NCBI RefSeq assembly: GCF_902713615.1 | Contig: NC_052162.1 | Span: 109,395,811-109,459,810 of the forward strand | DNA: 64,000 nt | Reading direction: 5' to 3' | Origin: Scyliorhinus canicula | Taxonomy: Eukaryota | Part shown: positions 23,928 to 37,457 of the stretch, piece by piece | Numbering within the stretch: the first letter of the stretch is position 1 | Layout: each line of letters begins with the position of its first letter | Made by a program: the position numbers and the translations under genes | Notes under the pieces: model-generated | The model's input: only the letters and a program-made list of their open reading frames with translations | Told to the model about the DNA's origin: nothing | The model's database searches: none

Positions 23928-24177
23928 GGGCCGCACAGTGGTGAGCACTGCTGCCTCACGGTGCCAGGGATCCGGGTTCAATTCCAGCCTTGAGTCACCT
24001 TTTCCCCATGTTGCGTGGGTTTCTTCTGGGTGCTTCGGTTTCCTCCCACAGACCAAGATGTGCAGGTTAGGTAGATTGACCATGTTAAATTACCCCTTAG
24101 TGTCCAAAGATGCGCAGTTGGGGTTACAGGACTTGAGGGGGATAGTGGACCTAGATAGGGTGCTCTTTAAGAGGGTC
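23928..24177 (+). mobile_element. HE1-type V-SINE (partial)
   Basis: Head and V-domain present. Confidence 0.72.
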
Positions 24178-24641
24178 ACATTTATCCGGATTGAATTTCA
24201 TCTGCCAATTTTTGTATCATACGTACACTTATTGTTCAGCCCTCCTACATTCATGTCTAGAACAGCAAGGGCCCCAACACAGATCCCTGCGGGTCCCCAC
24301 TGGACATAGGTTCCAGTCAGTAAAAACACCCCTTGACCATCACCTTTGTTTCCTGCCATGCAGCAAATTCTGGATCCAGTTTGCCAAATTTCCTTGGATC
24401 CCCTGGGCTCTTACCCTTGCAATTATGGTATATTCCTTTGTTCGCCCTTAAATTATTCTAATCCCAGCCTCCCACATAAAGTTGGGGTCATTCAAAAATT
24501 AAAACAAGCTGACTTATTTGCTTTTACCCAGAATATTAACACCTGAAACTGCACGAGAGTTGATGAACATCAGCAGAAAAAGACCCGAATGAGCATAGTT
24601 AAGTCCTTGATGTGATTAGCAGCAAAGTCTAATCACTGTAG

Positions 24642-26027
24642 TTAGTTGTGAACTCGCTGATGTGTAAGCAGGTAGGATGACCGAGTGAATCCCTTCCCAC
24701 ACTGGGAGCAGGTGAACGGTCTCTCCCCACTGTGAACTTGCCGGTGTCTCCGCAGGTGGGATGACCGAGTGAATCGCTTTCCACACTGGAAGCAGGTGAA
24801 CGGTCTCTCCCCACTGTGAACTCGCTGGTGGGACAGCAGGGTGGATGACCGAGTGAATCTCTTCCCACACTGCAAACACGTGAACCGCCTCTCCCCACTG
24901 TGAACTCGCTGGTGTTCCAGCAGGTTCGATGACTGAGTGAATCTCTTCCCACACTGGGAGCAGGAAAATGGTCTCTCCCCACTGTGAACTCGCTGGTGGG
25001 ACAACAGGGTGGAATACTGAATGAATCCCTTCCCACACTGGGAGCAGGTGAATGATCTCTCCCCACTGTGAACTCGCTGGTGTGACTGCAGGGTGGAAGA
25101 CTGAGTGAATCCCTTCCCACACTGAGAGCAGGTGAATGGTCTCTCTCCAGTGTGAACTCGCTGATGTGACAGCAGGGTGGAACGGTGAGTGAATCCCTTC
25201 CCACAGTGGGAACAGGTGAACGGCCTCTCCCCACTGTGAACTCGCTGGTGTGACTGCAGGGTGGAAGACTGAGTGAATCCCTTCCCACATTGGGAGCAGG
25301 TGAATGGTTTATCCCCACTGTGAACTCGCTGGTGTTCCTGCAGGTGGGATGACCGAGTGAATCCCTTTCCACACTGGGAGCAGGTGAATGGTCTCTCCCC
25401 ACTGTGAACGCGCTGGTGTACAGTGAGTTGAGATGACCACCTGAACCCAGTCCCACACTGAGAGCACCTGAAGGGTTTCTCATCAGTGTGAACACGTTGA
25501 TGGGATATCAGTTCCGAGGAACTTTTAAAGCACTTCCCACACTCTGGGCATTTAAAAGGTCTCTCATCAGTGTGGACTCGTTGATGGGACATCAGTTTCC
25601 AGGAACTTTTAAAGCACTTCTCACAGTCTGGGCATTTAAAAGGTCTCTCATCAGTGTGAACCTGTTGATGGGACATCAGTTCTGAGGAACTTTTAAAGCA
25701 CTTCTTGCAGTCTGGGCATTTAAAAGGTCTCTCATCAGTGTGAACTCGTTGATGGGACATCAGGTTACCGGAACTTTTGAAGCACTTGCCACAGTCTGCG
25801 CATTTAAAAGGTCTCTCATCAGTGTGAACTCGCTGGTGTGTCAGAAGGTTAGATGATCGAGTGAATCCCTTCCCACACTCGGAACAGGTAAATGGTCTCT
25901 CCCCAGCACGAATCCGCTGCCGTCTCAGTAGGTGTGATGATTCATCGAATCCCTTCCCACACTGGGAACTGATGAATGATCTCTTTCCAGTGCGAACTCG
26001 CTGGTGTGTCAGCAATGCTGATGACAT
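24642..26027 (-). CDS. Tandem C2H2 zinc-finger protein ZNF-B (15 intact fingers)
   Basis: 461-aa ORF: degenerate leading fingers, then 15 intact fingers (4 of the LMSH/TDERP type, mostly SGERPF linkers afterwards). Ends HQRVHN*, matching the paralog ends. Acceptor tttcacAG at 26364-26363. Confidence 0.85.
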   Translation of the reverse strand: MSSALLTHQRVRTGKRSFISSQCGKGFDESSHLLRRQRIRAGERPFTCSECGKGFTRSSNLLTHQRVHTDERPFKCADCGKCFKSSGNLMSHQRVHTDERPFKCPDCKKCFKSSSELMSHQQVHTDERPFKCPDCEKCFKSSWKLMSHQRVHTDERPFKCPECGKCFKSSSELISHQRVHTDEKPFRCSQCGTGFRWSSQLTVHQRVHSGERPFTCSQCGKGFTRSSHLQEHQRVHSGDKPFTCSQCGKGFTQSSTLQSHQRVHSGERPFTCSHCGKGFTHRSTLLSHQRVHTGERPFTCSQCGKGFTQSSTLQSHQRVHSGERSFTCSQCGKGFIQYSTLLSHQRVHSGERPFSCSQCGKRFTQSSNLLEHQRVHSGERRFTCLQCGKRFTRSSTLLSHQRVHSGERPFTCFQCGKRFTRSSHLRRHRQVHSGERPFTCSQCGKGFTRSSYLLTHQRVHN

Positions 26028-26629
26028 AGTGAACCCCTTCCCACCTCAGAACAGGTGAATGATCTCTCTCCAGTGTGACACCGTCTATGTACTTCCAGGA
26101 TTGATGGGTAATTGAATCCCTTCCACAATCCTTATATTTCTACAATTTATTCCCGTTGTGACTATATTTATGGTCTGATAGGTCAAATAATCATCTGAAT
26201 CCTCGAACACGTGTATGGTTTCTCCCCACTGTGAATGGTGCTTTTTCCTTCCAGGTTCAAAATCCGATGATATTCAGACTACAATAAATTGGGCGACTCT
26301 GTCAGATCCTGATGTGATGTTTGGTTTCAGTTTCCCAACTGCAAGTCCTTCCCTTCTATACCCTGTGAAATTGATGTAAAACAGAAAAAAGTGAGTGAGA
26401 GAACCCACAACAACACAAAAGCAGGTTGTGAAATGATTCTGGTAATTTGTGGGGCCGGCACTAGGAAAAACTGACCATGAAAATCAAACTTTGCAGGATT
26501 GACAGGGCTGAGTTTGCCGTTGTAATTTCCGTTGTCTACGTCTATGCCTGACCTGATTAATAACTTTTTATTGTCTTTGGAGCAGTTAGATACAACAAAG
26601 GGGCTTGCGCCGACATTTCAGAGGATGGC

Positions 26630-26930
26630 AAGGTCATACCGCTCGGTTAGCACTGCTGCCTCAGTGGCAGAGACCGGGGTTCAATTCCGGACTTGGCTGA
26701 CTGTCTGTATGGAATTTGCACGTTCTCTCATTGTCTGCGTGGGTTTTCTCTCTGTGCTCCGATTTCCCCCCAAAGTCCAAAGATGAACAGATTAGGTGTA
26801 TTGGCCTTGATCAATGCAGGGGGTTACAGGGATAGGGTGCAGGAGTCGGTCTAGGTAGGGTGCTCTTTCAGAGGGTTGGTGCAGACTCGATGGGTTAAAT
26901 GGTCTCCTGCACTGTTCAGATTCTATGGAT
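26630..26930 (+). mobile_element. HE1-type V-SINE (diverged)
   Basis: Head, V-domain and tail recognisable. Confidence 0.72.
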
Positions 26931-27297
26931 TTAAGAGTCCACCAGATTGCTGCGGATGTGGAGGCACATGTAAGTCGGACAAGATGAGGATGTCATGTTT
27001 TTTTTTCCCAAAACTGTATTTGTGAACCAGATAGTTTTATGATCATTAACAATGGTTCCTTGTTCAGACTTTCACTTTCAAACTTTTATTAACTTCATAT
27101 TTCACCACCTGCTGGGCGGGAATCAAACCTGGGTCCTCAGAGCATTACCCTGGGTGTCACCCCAAAATGACCTATCAATCACACATCTGTGCGATTCCCA
27201 AAAAATGGGATTCCATCTGTGATGGAACTGAGACCTCACACTATTTATTTTTGGAACATATTTCTTGATAACCTCATGGATATTTCTAAAATGTTAT

Positions 27298-27468
27298 AAA
27301 ATGAAATGAAAATCGTTTATTGTCACAAGTGGGCTTCAAATGAAGTTAGTGAAAAGCCCCGAGTCACCACATTTATGGCACCTGTTCAGGGAGGCTGGTA
27401 TGGGAACTGATCCGTGCTGCTGGCCTGCTTTCAAAGCCAGTGATTTAGCCCTGTGCTAAACCAGCCCC
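27298..27468 (-). mobile_element. Short tRNA-derived SINE, family 2
   Basis: Inverted copy of 22671-22852. Confidence 0.8.
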
Positions 27469-27979
27469 TGGAAACTGGGAAACCAAACATCACATCAGGA
27501 TCTGACAGAGTCGCCCAATTTATAAGCTGGATAAAGAGCTTGTTCTGCTTTTTAAAATGGCTAAATCTATTTATTTCTGTGATCCCTGAACAAAAGAAAG
27601 TATCTGGGATTTACAAAGAAACTCACACCTCGCTATCTCTTAAGAGAAATTTTGAATCTGGACTCTGGAATCCACGTGAAACACAATTATTCTCTCTGAT
27701 CTCTGTAAATCTTTCTTTTCTGTTTTTTGTTGTATAAATACAAAGAAGGCAACATTCAGACCCTCTTATCTCATTTTGAGTGTGTATAAATAAACTAACC
27801 CTTTTGAGTTCATCCCACCTTGAGGAATTCGGAAATACGCCACCGGTTCTAAAGGAGGAATGAAATCCAAAGCATCTTTCTGTTTATAGTAAGATACGGT
27901 AAAGTCGCCAGAATCCGAAATGACCATGGGCTCCTTTCCCTGTTGAGAGGAAGTGCTGACTGGTAATGATTTAACCTGA

Positions 27980-28884
27980 AGTAAATTTGCAGACGACACT
28001 AAAGTCGGTGGAGTTGTAGACAGTGTGGAAGGATGTTGCAGGTTACAGAGGGACATAGATAAGCTGCAGAGCTGGGCTGAGAGGTGGCTAATGGAGTTTA
28101 ATGTAGAGAAGTGTGAGGTGATTCACTTTGGAAAGAATAACAGGAATACGGAATATTTGGCTAATGGTAAAATTCTTGGAAGTGTGGATGAGCAGAGGGA
28201 TCTCGGTGTCCATGTACATAGATCCCTGAAAGTTGCCACCCAGGTTGATAGAGGTTGTGAAGAAGGCCTATGGTGTGTTGGCCTTTATTGGTAGAGGGAT
28301 TGAGTTCCGGAGCCATGAGGTCATGTTGCAGCTGTACAAAACTCTGGTACGGCCGCATTTGGAGTATTGCATACAGTTCTGGTCGCCTCATTATAGGAAG
28401 GACGTGGAAGCTTTGGAACGGGTGCAGAGGAGATTTACCAGGATGTTGCCTGGTATGGAGGGAAAATCTTATGAGGAAAGGCTGATGGACTTGAGGTTGT
28501 TTTCGTTAGAGAGAAGAAGGTTAAGAGGTGACTTAATAGAGGCATACAAAATGATCAGAGGGTTAGATAGGGTGGACAGTGAGCGCCTTCTCCCGCGGAT
28601 GGAGGTGGCTAGCACGAGGGGACATAGCCTTAAATTGAGGGGTAATAGATATAGGACAGAGGTCAGAGGTAGGTTTTTTACGCAAAGAGTGGTGAGGCCG
28701 TGGAATGCCCTACCTGCAACAGTAGTGAACTCTCCAACATTGAGGGCATTTAAAAGTTTATTGGATAAGCATATGGATGATAATGGCATAGTGTAGGTTA
28801 GATGACCTTTAGTTTTTGACTTCCCATGTCGGTGCAACATTGTGGGCCGAAGGGCCTGTACTGCGCTGTATCGTTCTATGTTCA
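27980..28884 (+). mobile_element. Young CR1 LINE 3' fragment
   Basis: Nearly intact RT C-terminus (ORF 28233-28796) and tail gggccgaagggcctgtactgcgctgtatcgttctatgttc. Confidence 0.92.
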
Positions 28885-29329
28885 CCATGCCTCAGGTGTG
28901 GGGAAAAGTTGAAAAGGCGGGCCTTTCTGTTTACAGGCAGATGGTGAGAGGATAAATCAGTGTGGCTTACATTAATGCCCCTCCTGTAACTAATATATCC
29001 CAGTAACATTGCTTGACATGGTCCTGTCTTTGCTCATGTTTCTGAAACTTTCATGCATTTCATGTTTATTTGCAACAAATCTTGTTCACCCATCACCCTT
29101 GTATTCACTAACCTACAAAGACCCCAGTTCAGAAGTTTAAAATTCTCATCCTGGTTTTCTTCCATGGTCATGACCATCGCTATCTCTATAACCTCCTCCA
29201 GCTACACATCCTCCCGATATCTCTATCCTCATATAATTCCAATCTCTTGAACATTCCTGATTTTAATCGCTCCACCATTAGTGCCCCCTCTTTCATTTGT
29301 CTGGGCTACAAGGTCTGGAAGTGAGAAAC

Positions 29330-30010
29330 CTTGAAGTGCTGTCTACATCTAAAGTGCAGTAACCTGACCAGGTGCTGGAAAGTTGGATTAAAATGAGCGG
29401 CTAGTTTATTTCTTCTCCTTACTAGACGGAGCACATGTGACAGGCTGAATGGACACTTTATACGCGGTCACCGTTCTGCCCTAAATAAATATGGCTGCCA
29501 CATATGTGCGTTACTGCATATTGCCCCGCAGAGAGATGGCCGCCATGCCTGCAACACATTGCCCGTTGGAAACATGGCGGTCGTGAACTCCGGTCTGGAA
29601 CTGGGGGAAAAAACCGTGTTCCTGTCCAGTGTGAATGGGAGACAGTAAAGTTCTTCTTTGGGATTAGTAATTTACATAAGATGTTTACGAAGCCTCTCCG
29701 CCCACCTGCCGGATCCATCGCCCCCTCCATCCCGCCATTGCACCCGCTTACCCAGTGGACACCAGATCATCATCTCCCCACCGCCATTATTCTCACTGCG
29801 CATGCTCTACCTGCCGGCTGGCTCCGATTCTCCTTCACTCCGATTGGCTGGAGGACCAGTAGCTGCTACTCGGCCTAACTGCCACGCCCCCTCTCTGTCT
29901 ATTGGTCCGGACAATCAACTGGGCATTGTGACGTTTTGAAATGGTGAGCGTGGCCAGAGACTCAACCTGACTTGCTGATCTTTGGCAACATTTTCTGTTT
30001 GGGAGTGCGC
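29330..30010 (-). promoter_or_regulatory. ZNF promoter/first-exon module, copy 3 (upstream of ZNF-B)
   Basis: CCAAT boxes at ~29844 and ~29901, GCCACGCCCC at 29881, NRF1-like motif at ~29797. Candidate donors TGG|GTAAGC (~29751) and CAG|GTGGGC (~29705). Confidence 0.65.
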
Positions 30011-30231
30011 GCTCCGGGACATAAATTGCAGACCATCCTCGTCCTGTTTGGACTGTTTTCAAGCGGTTGAGCTTGTTGCAAGATTTTGCTGCTGTCTGTC
30101 TCCCGCCTTATCTACTTTGGCTGTGTGGAGACGGAAGGAGTGAGGGAGCGATGAGTCGGGGGACACTGCTCCATTGTGACCCGAAAACAAGGTACTTGCA
30201 GATGCTGCAACTCCCATTTTGAAGCGGAACA

Positions 30232-30392
30232 TGGATTGGATTTGTTTATTGTCACGTGTACCGAGGTACAGTGAGAAGTATTTTTCTGCAAGCAGCTCAA
30301 CAGATCATTCAGTACATGGAAGAAAAGGGAATTAAACAAAATACAAGAAAATACATGAGAATACATAATAGGGCAACACCAGATATACAATG
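30232..30392 (-). mobile_element. Rex1-type LINE 3' tail
   Basis: Reverse complement of 6060-6200. Confidence 0.65.
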
Positions 30393-31234
30393 TTGGAACA
30401 TGTTGGAAATACTCAACGGGTGGATTGTTTGCTGCTGCCTCCTTTACTTCAGTCCGTGGACTTTGGAGTGGGAGGTGCCAGATGACCCGATGATGGTGCT
30501 GCAGGAGCGTACGGGGGAGGGGGAGGGGGGACCACTGGTGATCTTCCGTGTTGGTGGCTGTGTGCTGATCTCGGTTTGGAAGCCGTGTGAATTGTGTTGT
30601 TTACTTGATTGTATTTTATGTTTGGTAGCTGTATGGGGTTGGTGTATGAGGATCCGAGCGCGAGGCACTCTGAGGACAGCATCATGTCGACTGCGAGAGT
30701 CCTGTTTACAATGCATTTTTAAACTATGTAATTGTTTTCTTCGTGTGACTACAATGTTGTTTTCTGTTGATGCAGATATGTATCGGTGCCTGTGTGTATA
30801 GCATGGTGCTGTTTCCCTATGGATTCATGATCCTTGTGCTGTGAGGACGGTTCATGGACCAGGTTCGGTCTGTCTCCCTGTGAAGGTGAAATGCTAGTGC
30901 TTTCACTGTATTTTTACTGTTTCAGATTGTTGTTTTGTACTTTAAATGAACTATTAATAAATTAAAATATGCTGATATTCAGTTTGGAAGTTCGAGCTCG
31001 GGACATCAATTCCAGACCATCCTCCTCCTCCTCTTTGGGGTGTTTTCCAGCGATTGGTCCAGCTATGAGGTTCGGCTGCTCTTCTGGCTGTCTGCTGCCT
31101 ATTGTTGTATGTTTTTCTTACGTTTACTGCTTAGCTGCCTTTCTGACTGTGGAGAGGGAAGGAAAGAAGGAAGGAAGAAAAGAGAGGGTAGGAAGGAGGG
31201 CAGGACTGAAGAGAGGTAAAAGTCACTCTTGCCT

Positions 31235-34115
31235 TGCTGATCTTTGTGAGGGATTTCCAACATGGAAGACGTAGTGATAACAAAGACACAAAGTTCTTTT
31301 AAATAACTCCTTCACTTATCATCTTCTATCCTGTCCCAAAGCACCATCAGTTACATGCTTTTGGGACTAGCTCCCTCTAGTGGCTGTCTGTAAACACTTC
31401 ATTAATCCTTGCATTGCCTTCATGTATGATACCATTTTTTTCTTTCTAAAGAAACATTATTACACTTAGTTTAAGACTTTTTCTTTCACTCCTGTCATGC
31501 AATATTAATCATAAATGCATTATCCTGTTCCATTACTAATGACTAAACATGTCATACGACCCCCCTTGTTCCTGTTTTTTTGTCTGTAAGAAAATAGGAG
31601 ATTGTTACAAACCTATATCAAAATCATTGTGTATTCATTATAAGCGATTGTGTTCTTGTTAACAATTGTTTAAACTGTTCAAACTTTTTTTTACAGTCCA
31701 CAAATTTCAGAATGCACTCAGTCTTCAATGCGGTACTGTACCATACAGTACCAATGTGTTACGGTGCCAACAAGTCATCAGTCCAATCCACCAAATGTTT
31801 GAATGGTTGAACTATATTCGCTAACTGACGTGGTCTCTTTCTGTGCTTGTGATGTTGCTTTCGTATTTCCTTTGCCTTCAAAACCTGTTTGGAATCTGGT
31901 TTTTCAGCAAGAACCACCACTTCCAGACCATTGGAATGTCGTTGTTTCTTTCTAAACAATGTCCTGCTCTTCCTGACATTGCTGCCATTATGTGTGAATT
32001 TGCATTGTCAACACGGATCGGTTTGTTCTACCTTGAATGGTAATTGTGTTGCACACGCTGTGCTGCAGTCCCTTGTCCAGTTGTCATCTGGATTGCTTCC
32101 CATCGTGTATGGTTTGTAAAGCATGACTGCAAGTTTCAACACTTCAAGTGCCATGTGTCATTGAATTGCCCTTTGGTATCACCGTTGTACCCCTTGAGTA
32201 TATTCTGTAGCACCAGAACTATTTTTGGTGCGCTCAGGATCAGTTCCTTGTTGCTTGGTTGATTAAATTTTAACTTGTTTACCATCCGTGTCCTTAGGAT
32301 TATCTGATGTCGCGTCAGGCTTTGTAATATCAGTTCCTGTTGAATGAGCTGATGTATCTGTGATCTCTTGGTGCTTCTCATCTGGAGTCAACTTCTCCAA
32401 GATGTCATTTTCTTGTAGGCAGTTCACGATTGATGTGCTCTCAATTGATCTGATCACTGTTGCACTTCTGTCACTTTGTACAGTCCCGCTGAGATTTGTC
32501 AGTCTTGCTTTTGTACTGTACAGCTTGTATACCACTTATGATCACTTCGTCACTAGTTGCAAATAAAGTGGAAAGATCGTCATAATCTTATTTTCATTGC
32601 TCATTATCTGTTTCTTCACTGTTGTCCTTGCTGGCAAATACAGTGGATAGACTTTCATAGTCTTTTTCTTGCTTATCATCTGTACACGATAGACTTCATA
32701 GTCTTCTTGTTGCTCATTTGTCAGATTACTGCTATCCGATGTAGCAACGGTATTCAGCTTTTCAATCGTGTTGCTAAAGGAATGATAAGTTGAGCCGAAG
32801 TTCTACTATATCTGAATAATATTCTTCAATGTATGTGTTATTTTCTGTATGCTTCTTTCACTGTTGTCTTTCTGGAGTCTTTCAGTGCCTTCCCTGTGGA
32901 GTCTTTCATTGCCCTCCTTTTGGGGTCTTTAATGCTGTAAACTACTTGTTCAATGGTGCTGCAAAAGTGTTCTTCAGCTGTGGTTCAAATTCAGGCAATG
33001 TTCTGCCTTGTGAGTCAAAATGAGGCTGTTTGTTTCAATCTAAATCTGCTTTTTCGATCACCGGGCATTTTTTCTCTAAGTGGGCGTGGCCACAACATCC
33101 TGGATGTTATCACGTCAGTGATGTCATGTGCATGCGCAAATTGCTCATCGTCCGGACTGCGCTCTTTTCAAGTGCACACGTGCAATCTCCTGCGCATGCG
33201 CAGAATGGTCATCACCCGAGTCGTCGTTTTTGAAAGTGCACATGCGCAGAATGTTAAACATCTGAATCGCGTTTTTTCTTCAACTGCCCATGTCCGAAAT
33301 GTTTTGTTCAGGTCCTGGCCTTTTTCAGCACGATGAATTTTTAGCTGCGACAGCATCAGCGACGTCGAGTATTTTCACGCCACTTTCTCGCACTAACATT
33401 TCAGAACTTCCATTTTTAGCAACTTTCCAAGCAGGGGATTTCTGACTAGATTCTTTTACTGTTCTTTTTCTCTCAAATCTTTTTTTTAAACAGAGGTTTC
33501 TGTTGATGTGAGGCTCACAATGCTGATCAAATATTTTAATTACCAACTCATAGTTTTATCATCTTCATTTTCAAAGTTAAATGATTTACATAAGTCTATG
33601 GCTTTTGGCCCAGCTATATTTAGGAGGAGGGTTATTTTTCTATTATCTGGAGCTGATTTAAGCGCAGAGGCAATTATATAAACTTCAAATTGTTGCCTGA
33701 AGTTTTTCCAATTCAAGCTTTGTTTACCATACATTTTGAAGGGTGCTGCTTTGTTCAGAACTTCCATATTGGTTTCGGTTCTTTTTTTTTGTGCAGCGAT
33801 GCAATGACTTTTTCTTTTTCTTCTTTTCTTATTGCTTACTTTTTAGGAATACATGCCTGGTACCATGTGGCGATCTTTGTGAGGGATTTCCAGGATGGAA
33901 GATGCAGTGATCACAAAGACAGACAAAGCTCTTTTAAAGAACTAAACTAATTTTATTAACTCTACTAAATTTGATACATATATATATATGGGCTTTTCAC
34001 AGTAACTTCATTGAAGCCTACTTGTGACAATAAGCAATATTATTATTATTATCTCTATCTATCTACTAACTATAACTATAATATCTTAACTAGCTCTGCA
34101 ATGTTCTAATCTCCT
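31235..34115 (-). mobile_element. Gypsy (Mag-like) non-autonomous LTR element
   Basis: Direct repeat gatctttgtgagggatttcca...aaag at ~31239 and ~33872; PBS-like TGGTACCAGG next to the LTR end (33865-33856); gag N-terminus NWKNFRQQFEVYIIA...KITLLLNIAG; no pol seen. Confidence 0.75.
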
Positions 34116-34808
34116 CCTTCAGGGTGGACGTAATGATTGCCCAGATGGCGTCAACATCTATGCCAGTGGCAGGGCACTCCGAGGTCTCTATCCAGGGGTG
34201 GCAGCCTCTGAGACCTCCACAACTCTCATAGCCCCGTCACCCTTCTGTCTGCTCACCCAGCAGCGACTGATCAAGTGCTATTCTCACTTTACAATATCCA
34301 TGTGGCCGCTTTCCGGATGTATGGAAAGATCGTGTTCTTTCTTTGGACCGAGCATGCGGTCCACCTTGTCCTCTAAAAAGAGCTCATGTTAGGCGGGACC
34401 CACTGGAGGCCACTGCCGAGAGGCTTATTCTTTCAAACGTCCCAACCTACCTCCGCAAGGAACTCCTCCTCCCCCACCTTCATGTATTGGGGGAGGCTAA
34501 GTTCAGGGTGGCGCCTCTTCCGCTCTACTTAAAGGACGCCTCCTATATCAAGTCGACTACTATCTATGCTATGTTTTATCTGTCTGGCCTGGGATGAGGT
34601 TGCAGAGGGGTGTTTAAAGCTCCCCTACCAGGGGGAGACCATTTGTTTTTTCTGGTCCATGGACAGCGTGCAATGCAGCGTTTGCAAAGGGGGGGGGCAG
34701 GTTCAGCAAAACTGCTCGGCCTCCATGACTGCCGCAACCACCAATGCGACCACAGCTGGCACTGCTGGCCCCTTTTGATCCTCTGATGCTACATCTGCCC
34801 CAACCCGG

Positions 34809-35377
34809 TGTCGTGTGAGTGTCCCTTTTTAGAAATAATTTTCTCTTATCAGTGATGTCATTGTGTTGGTGGAGCTGGGCTGTGGCTCTGGGAGTTGGTT
34901 TTACTTTCGCTTTGGGTTTGGAGTTGGTTTGTGGCTCGAGTTTTTACTTCCGTTTTCACATTTGGCTACTGTGGACTCGGGACAGAAGTATTTTGGCCTG
35001 TCTCTATTTTCAATTTTAAGAGTTATTCCAAGGAAGAAACCCAATTATTATCATTAGCTACTGTTTTGGTTGATGGGATCTTGTTATAGAATTAGAACAG
35101 TTAAAGGGGGAATTTATTAAAGGGTTATACATAGAATACTGTAGCTGTGTAGGGTCATTATGTTTATATTTGATAATTCTTACTGTGGACGTTTATACAT
35201 ATGTTAACTAAATTCGTAGAATAAAGCTTGTTTTTTGATTAAAAGTGCCTGAGAACTCTGTTGAATAACACCTGAAAGGCACGCTCTTTTGATCATCATA
35301 ACCAAAATCAATAAACGGTTGCAGGCCAGGGGGACTCCATAATATACTTTGGAGTTGATAAACCCTGGCCCAGAACA
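34809..35377 (+). mobile_element. Solo LTR
   Basis: TGTCGTG...AGAACA termini, 4-bp TSD CCGG on both sides, internal AATAAA at ~35220 and ~35310. Confidence 0.8.
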
Positions 35378-37457
35378 CCGGTCAAGGGAGAGGCCGCGCC
35401 GTTGCCTGCTGTCAGCTTAGCCATCAGCATGGAGGAGAGGGCGCATCTATGCAGGCGCAAGACACTAAAACAGGCGCAATGGAAGACTCGACAGGGGTCA
35501 AGCCAGGTTACCCCCAGCCCTGTAAGCCTTCAGGACCTCAAGCCACTGGCTCAGACACGGCCTCATCTTCCACCCTGCAAAATCTGCAGCCCGACAATAC
35601 CTTACATCGGGTGCTAAGCTGTTAGTCAACCTGCGAGGTCTTCGGAACTCCTTGCAGATGCTGTCTGTCTTGTACCAGAAACTTCTGAAAGTCTGGAGCA
35701 TGGTCACCATGCGCCGTAGCTCTCCCCTGTCAGGAGTAATGACTCTTGTTAGGGATCCACTCCTCTGGAATTCGCACTTCCTCCAATATCCACTCAGGTG
35801 GCTGGTGGAGTGGAAGACTGGCTGCCGGGGTGACCAAGATCAGGAACGTGCTGGGTGGCGGTGGAGTGGGCTGGATGATACCCTACAATTTGGTTGAAGG
35901 TACAGCGGTGGCCGTCCGACTCGCGACATATGCCATCCAGGCCGCACGGTCCCGAGGTTGCACAGGCCTGCGGTGGCCTCATGTCTGAGTGGATCCCTGC
36001 TCGGTCGGAATTCCATATTGGTCCCAACCCCTTCATCGAGCCCGACAAGTTCTGTTATCTCAAGCAGAATCCCGTCTGTTGCCGCTAAGTTATATTCACT
36101 GGCGAACTGGACATATGTTACTGAGGCAAAAGTTAATGAAGTTGCTGTCAGAAAACCATAAGTTATTTCTGAAGCAAATAGAGCAACAACTGTTGGAAGA
36201 ACAAATGTCAGGTGGCCATGAGCAGCTCCTGGGAGTGAGCACAGCAGCTAAGAGGGGCCAGCCTACTTGGGTTATGTCTGGTTTGCATGCTTTGTCCAAA
36301 ATTAAGTTCAGCTGAATTAACAGACAATCTGTTCTGATCAACAGTAAAAGGAGGAACAATCCAAATTCCGAATCCTTCATTCCCCTCGGTGAAGCGGGTA
36401 TAATTCTGTAATGAAGACTGTTTTAGGCCGAGACTTAAATGTGAGGGTGAAATGAAATTGACACAGGCCATTTGAATTCGGTTTGCTGTGGTTGTGATTG
36501 CTGCATTTCTGTGTGTGACCCTCTCTCTCTCTCTCCTTCCCAAATACAGGGATGAGAGAGAGAAGGACCAAAAGAGTGGGGGGGGGGGGGGGGGGGGGGG
36601 GGGAAGGAAGTGTAAGAGGGAGATGTGAGAAAGGGAGGGGAGATAGACAGAGAGAGGGTGGAGGGAGAGGGAGGTTGTGAAAAAGAGAGGCTTTCTCTCC
36701 TTTTCTGCCTTCTTTCCATTCTTGTCTCTCTCTCTGTCTCCCCAGCGTTCTGCCAATATCTGTCCATCTCTCTCCAGCATTTGAGTGTCTCTTTATGGGA
36801 TATGGCACATATCCCACAATTGCCCTGCCTCTGTGACTGCAGATGGCACTCCCGCCCCCCCCCCATATCTCTCCACTAACCCTATAACTGTCCACCCTGC
36901 GTCGGGGGACGTCCAGGAGCTGGCGCCTGAAAACTCCTCACAACTGCTGGCATGGAGGGGATGGCACCTCCGCGCAGTCAAAGGGCGCTTTGAAGAATGT
37001 GATGCAATATACCATGAAGGTCAGGCGGGGATATGCTTGTCCCGGTTGAGTCTGGTGATTCCGTGCCATTGGATGCTGGTTTGTGTGCCATTGTTCCACT
37101 CTGCCCTGCCATCACCTAGCAATATCCGCAGCCCTTCGACATTCTGTTGTCGGGTGGCCGGACTAGGCAATGCTTCTGCACGGGCCCCAGAAGGGGCGGC
37201 AGTGCAGCATACATCCCCGAGCTGGAGGGCAGTTCACCCCAGCCACAACCTTGGGGGATAGGCATCTTGGAGGGAGGGTACAATGCGGAGTGGCCTTCAG
37301 TGATGGAGGTCTCCTTGGCATGTGACCCCCATCCCCGCAGGCGGTGTCATTCGAAGAGGACGGAGTGATGAATGGATGACGCCCCAATACATCCCCATAG
37401 ACCTTACGCCCAGCCCCGTAAGAAGAAATCTAAGGGGAAGGTCAAAAAGTCCCTGGT

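Noticed and set aside
36520-36740. Poly-Pro/Gly ORFs, poly-G runs and GA-rich tracts (also ~8215, ~37745, ~40680, ~46850)
   Set aside because: Simple low-complexity sequence within repeats; ORFs are compositional artefacts and homopolymer lengths may be sequencing error.
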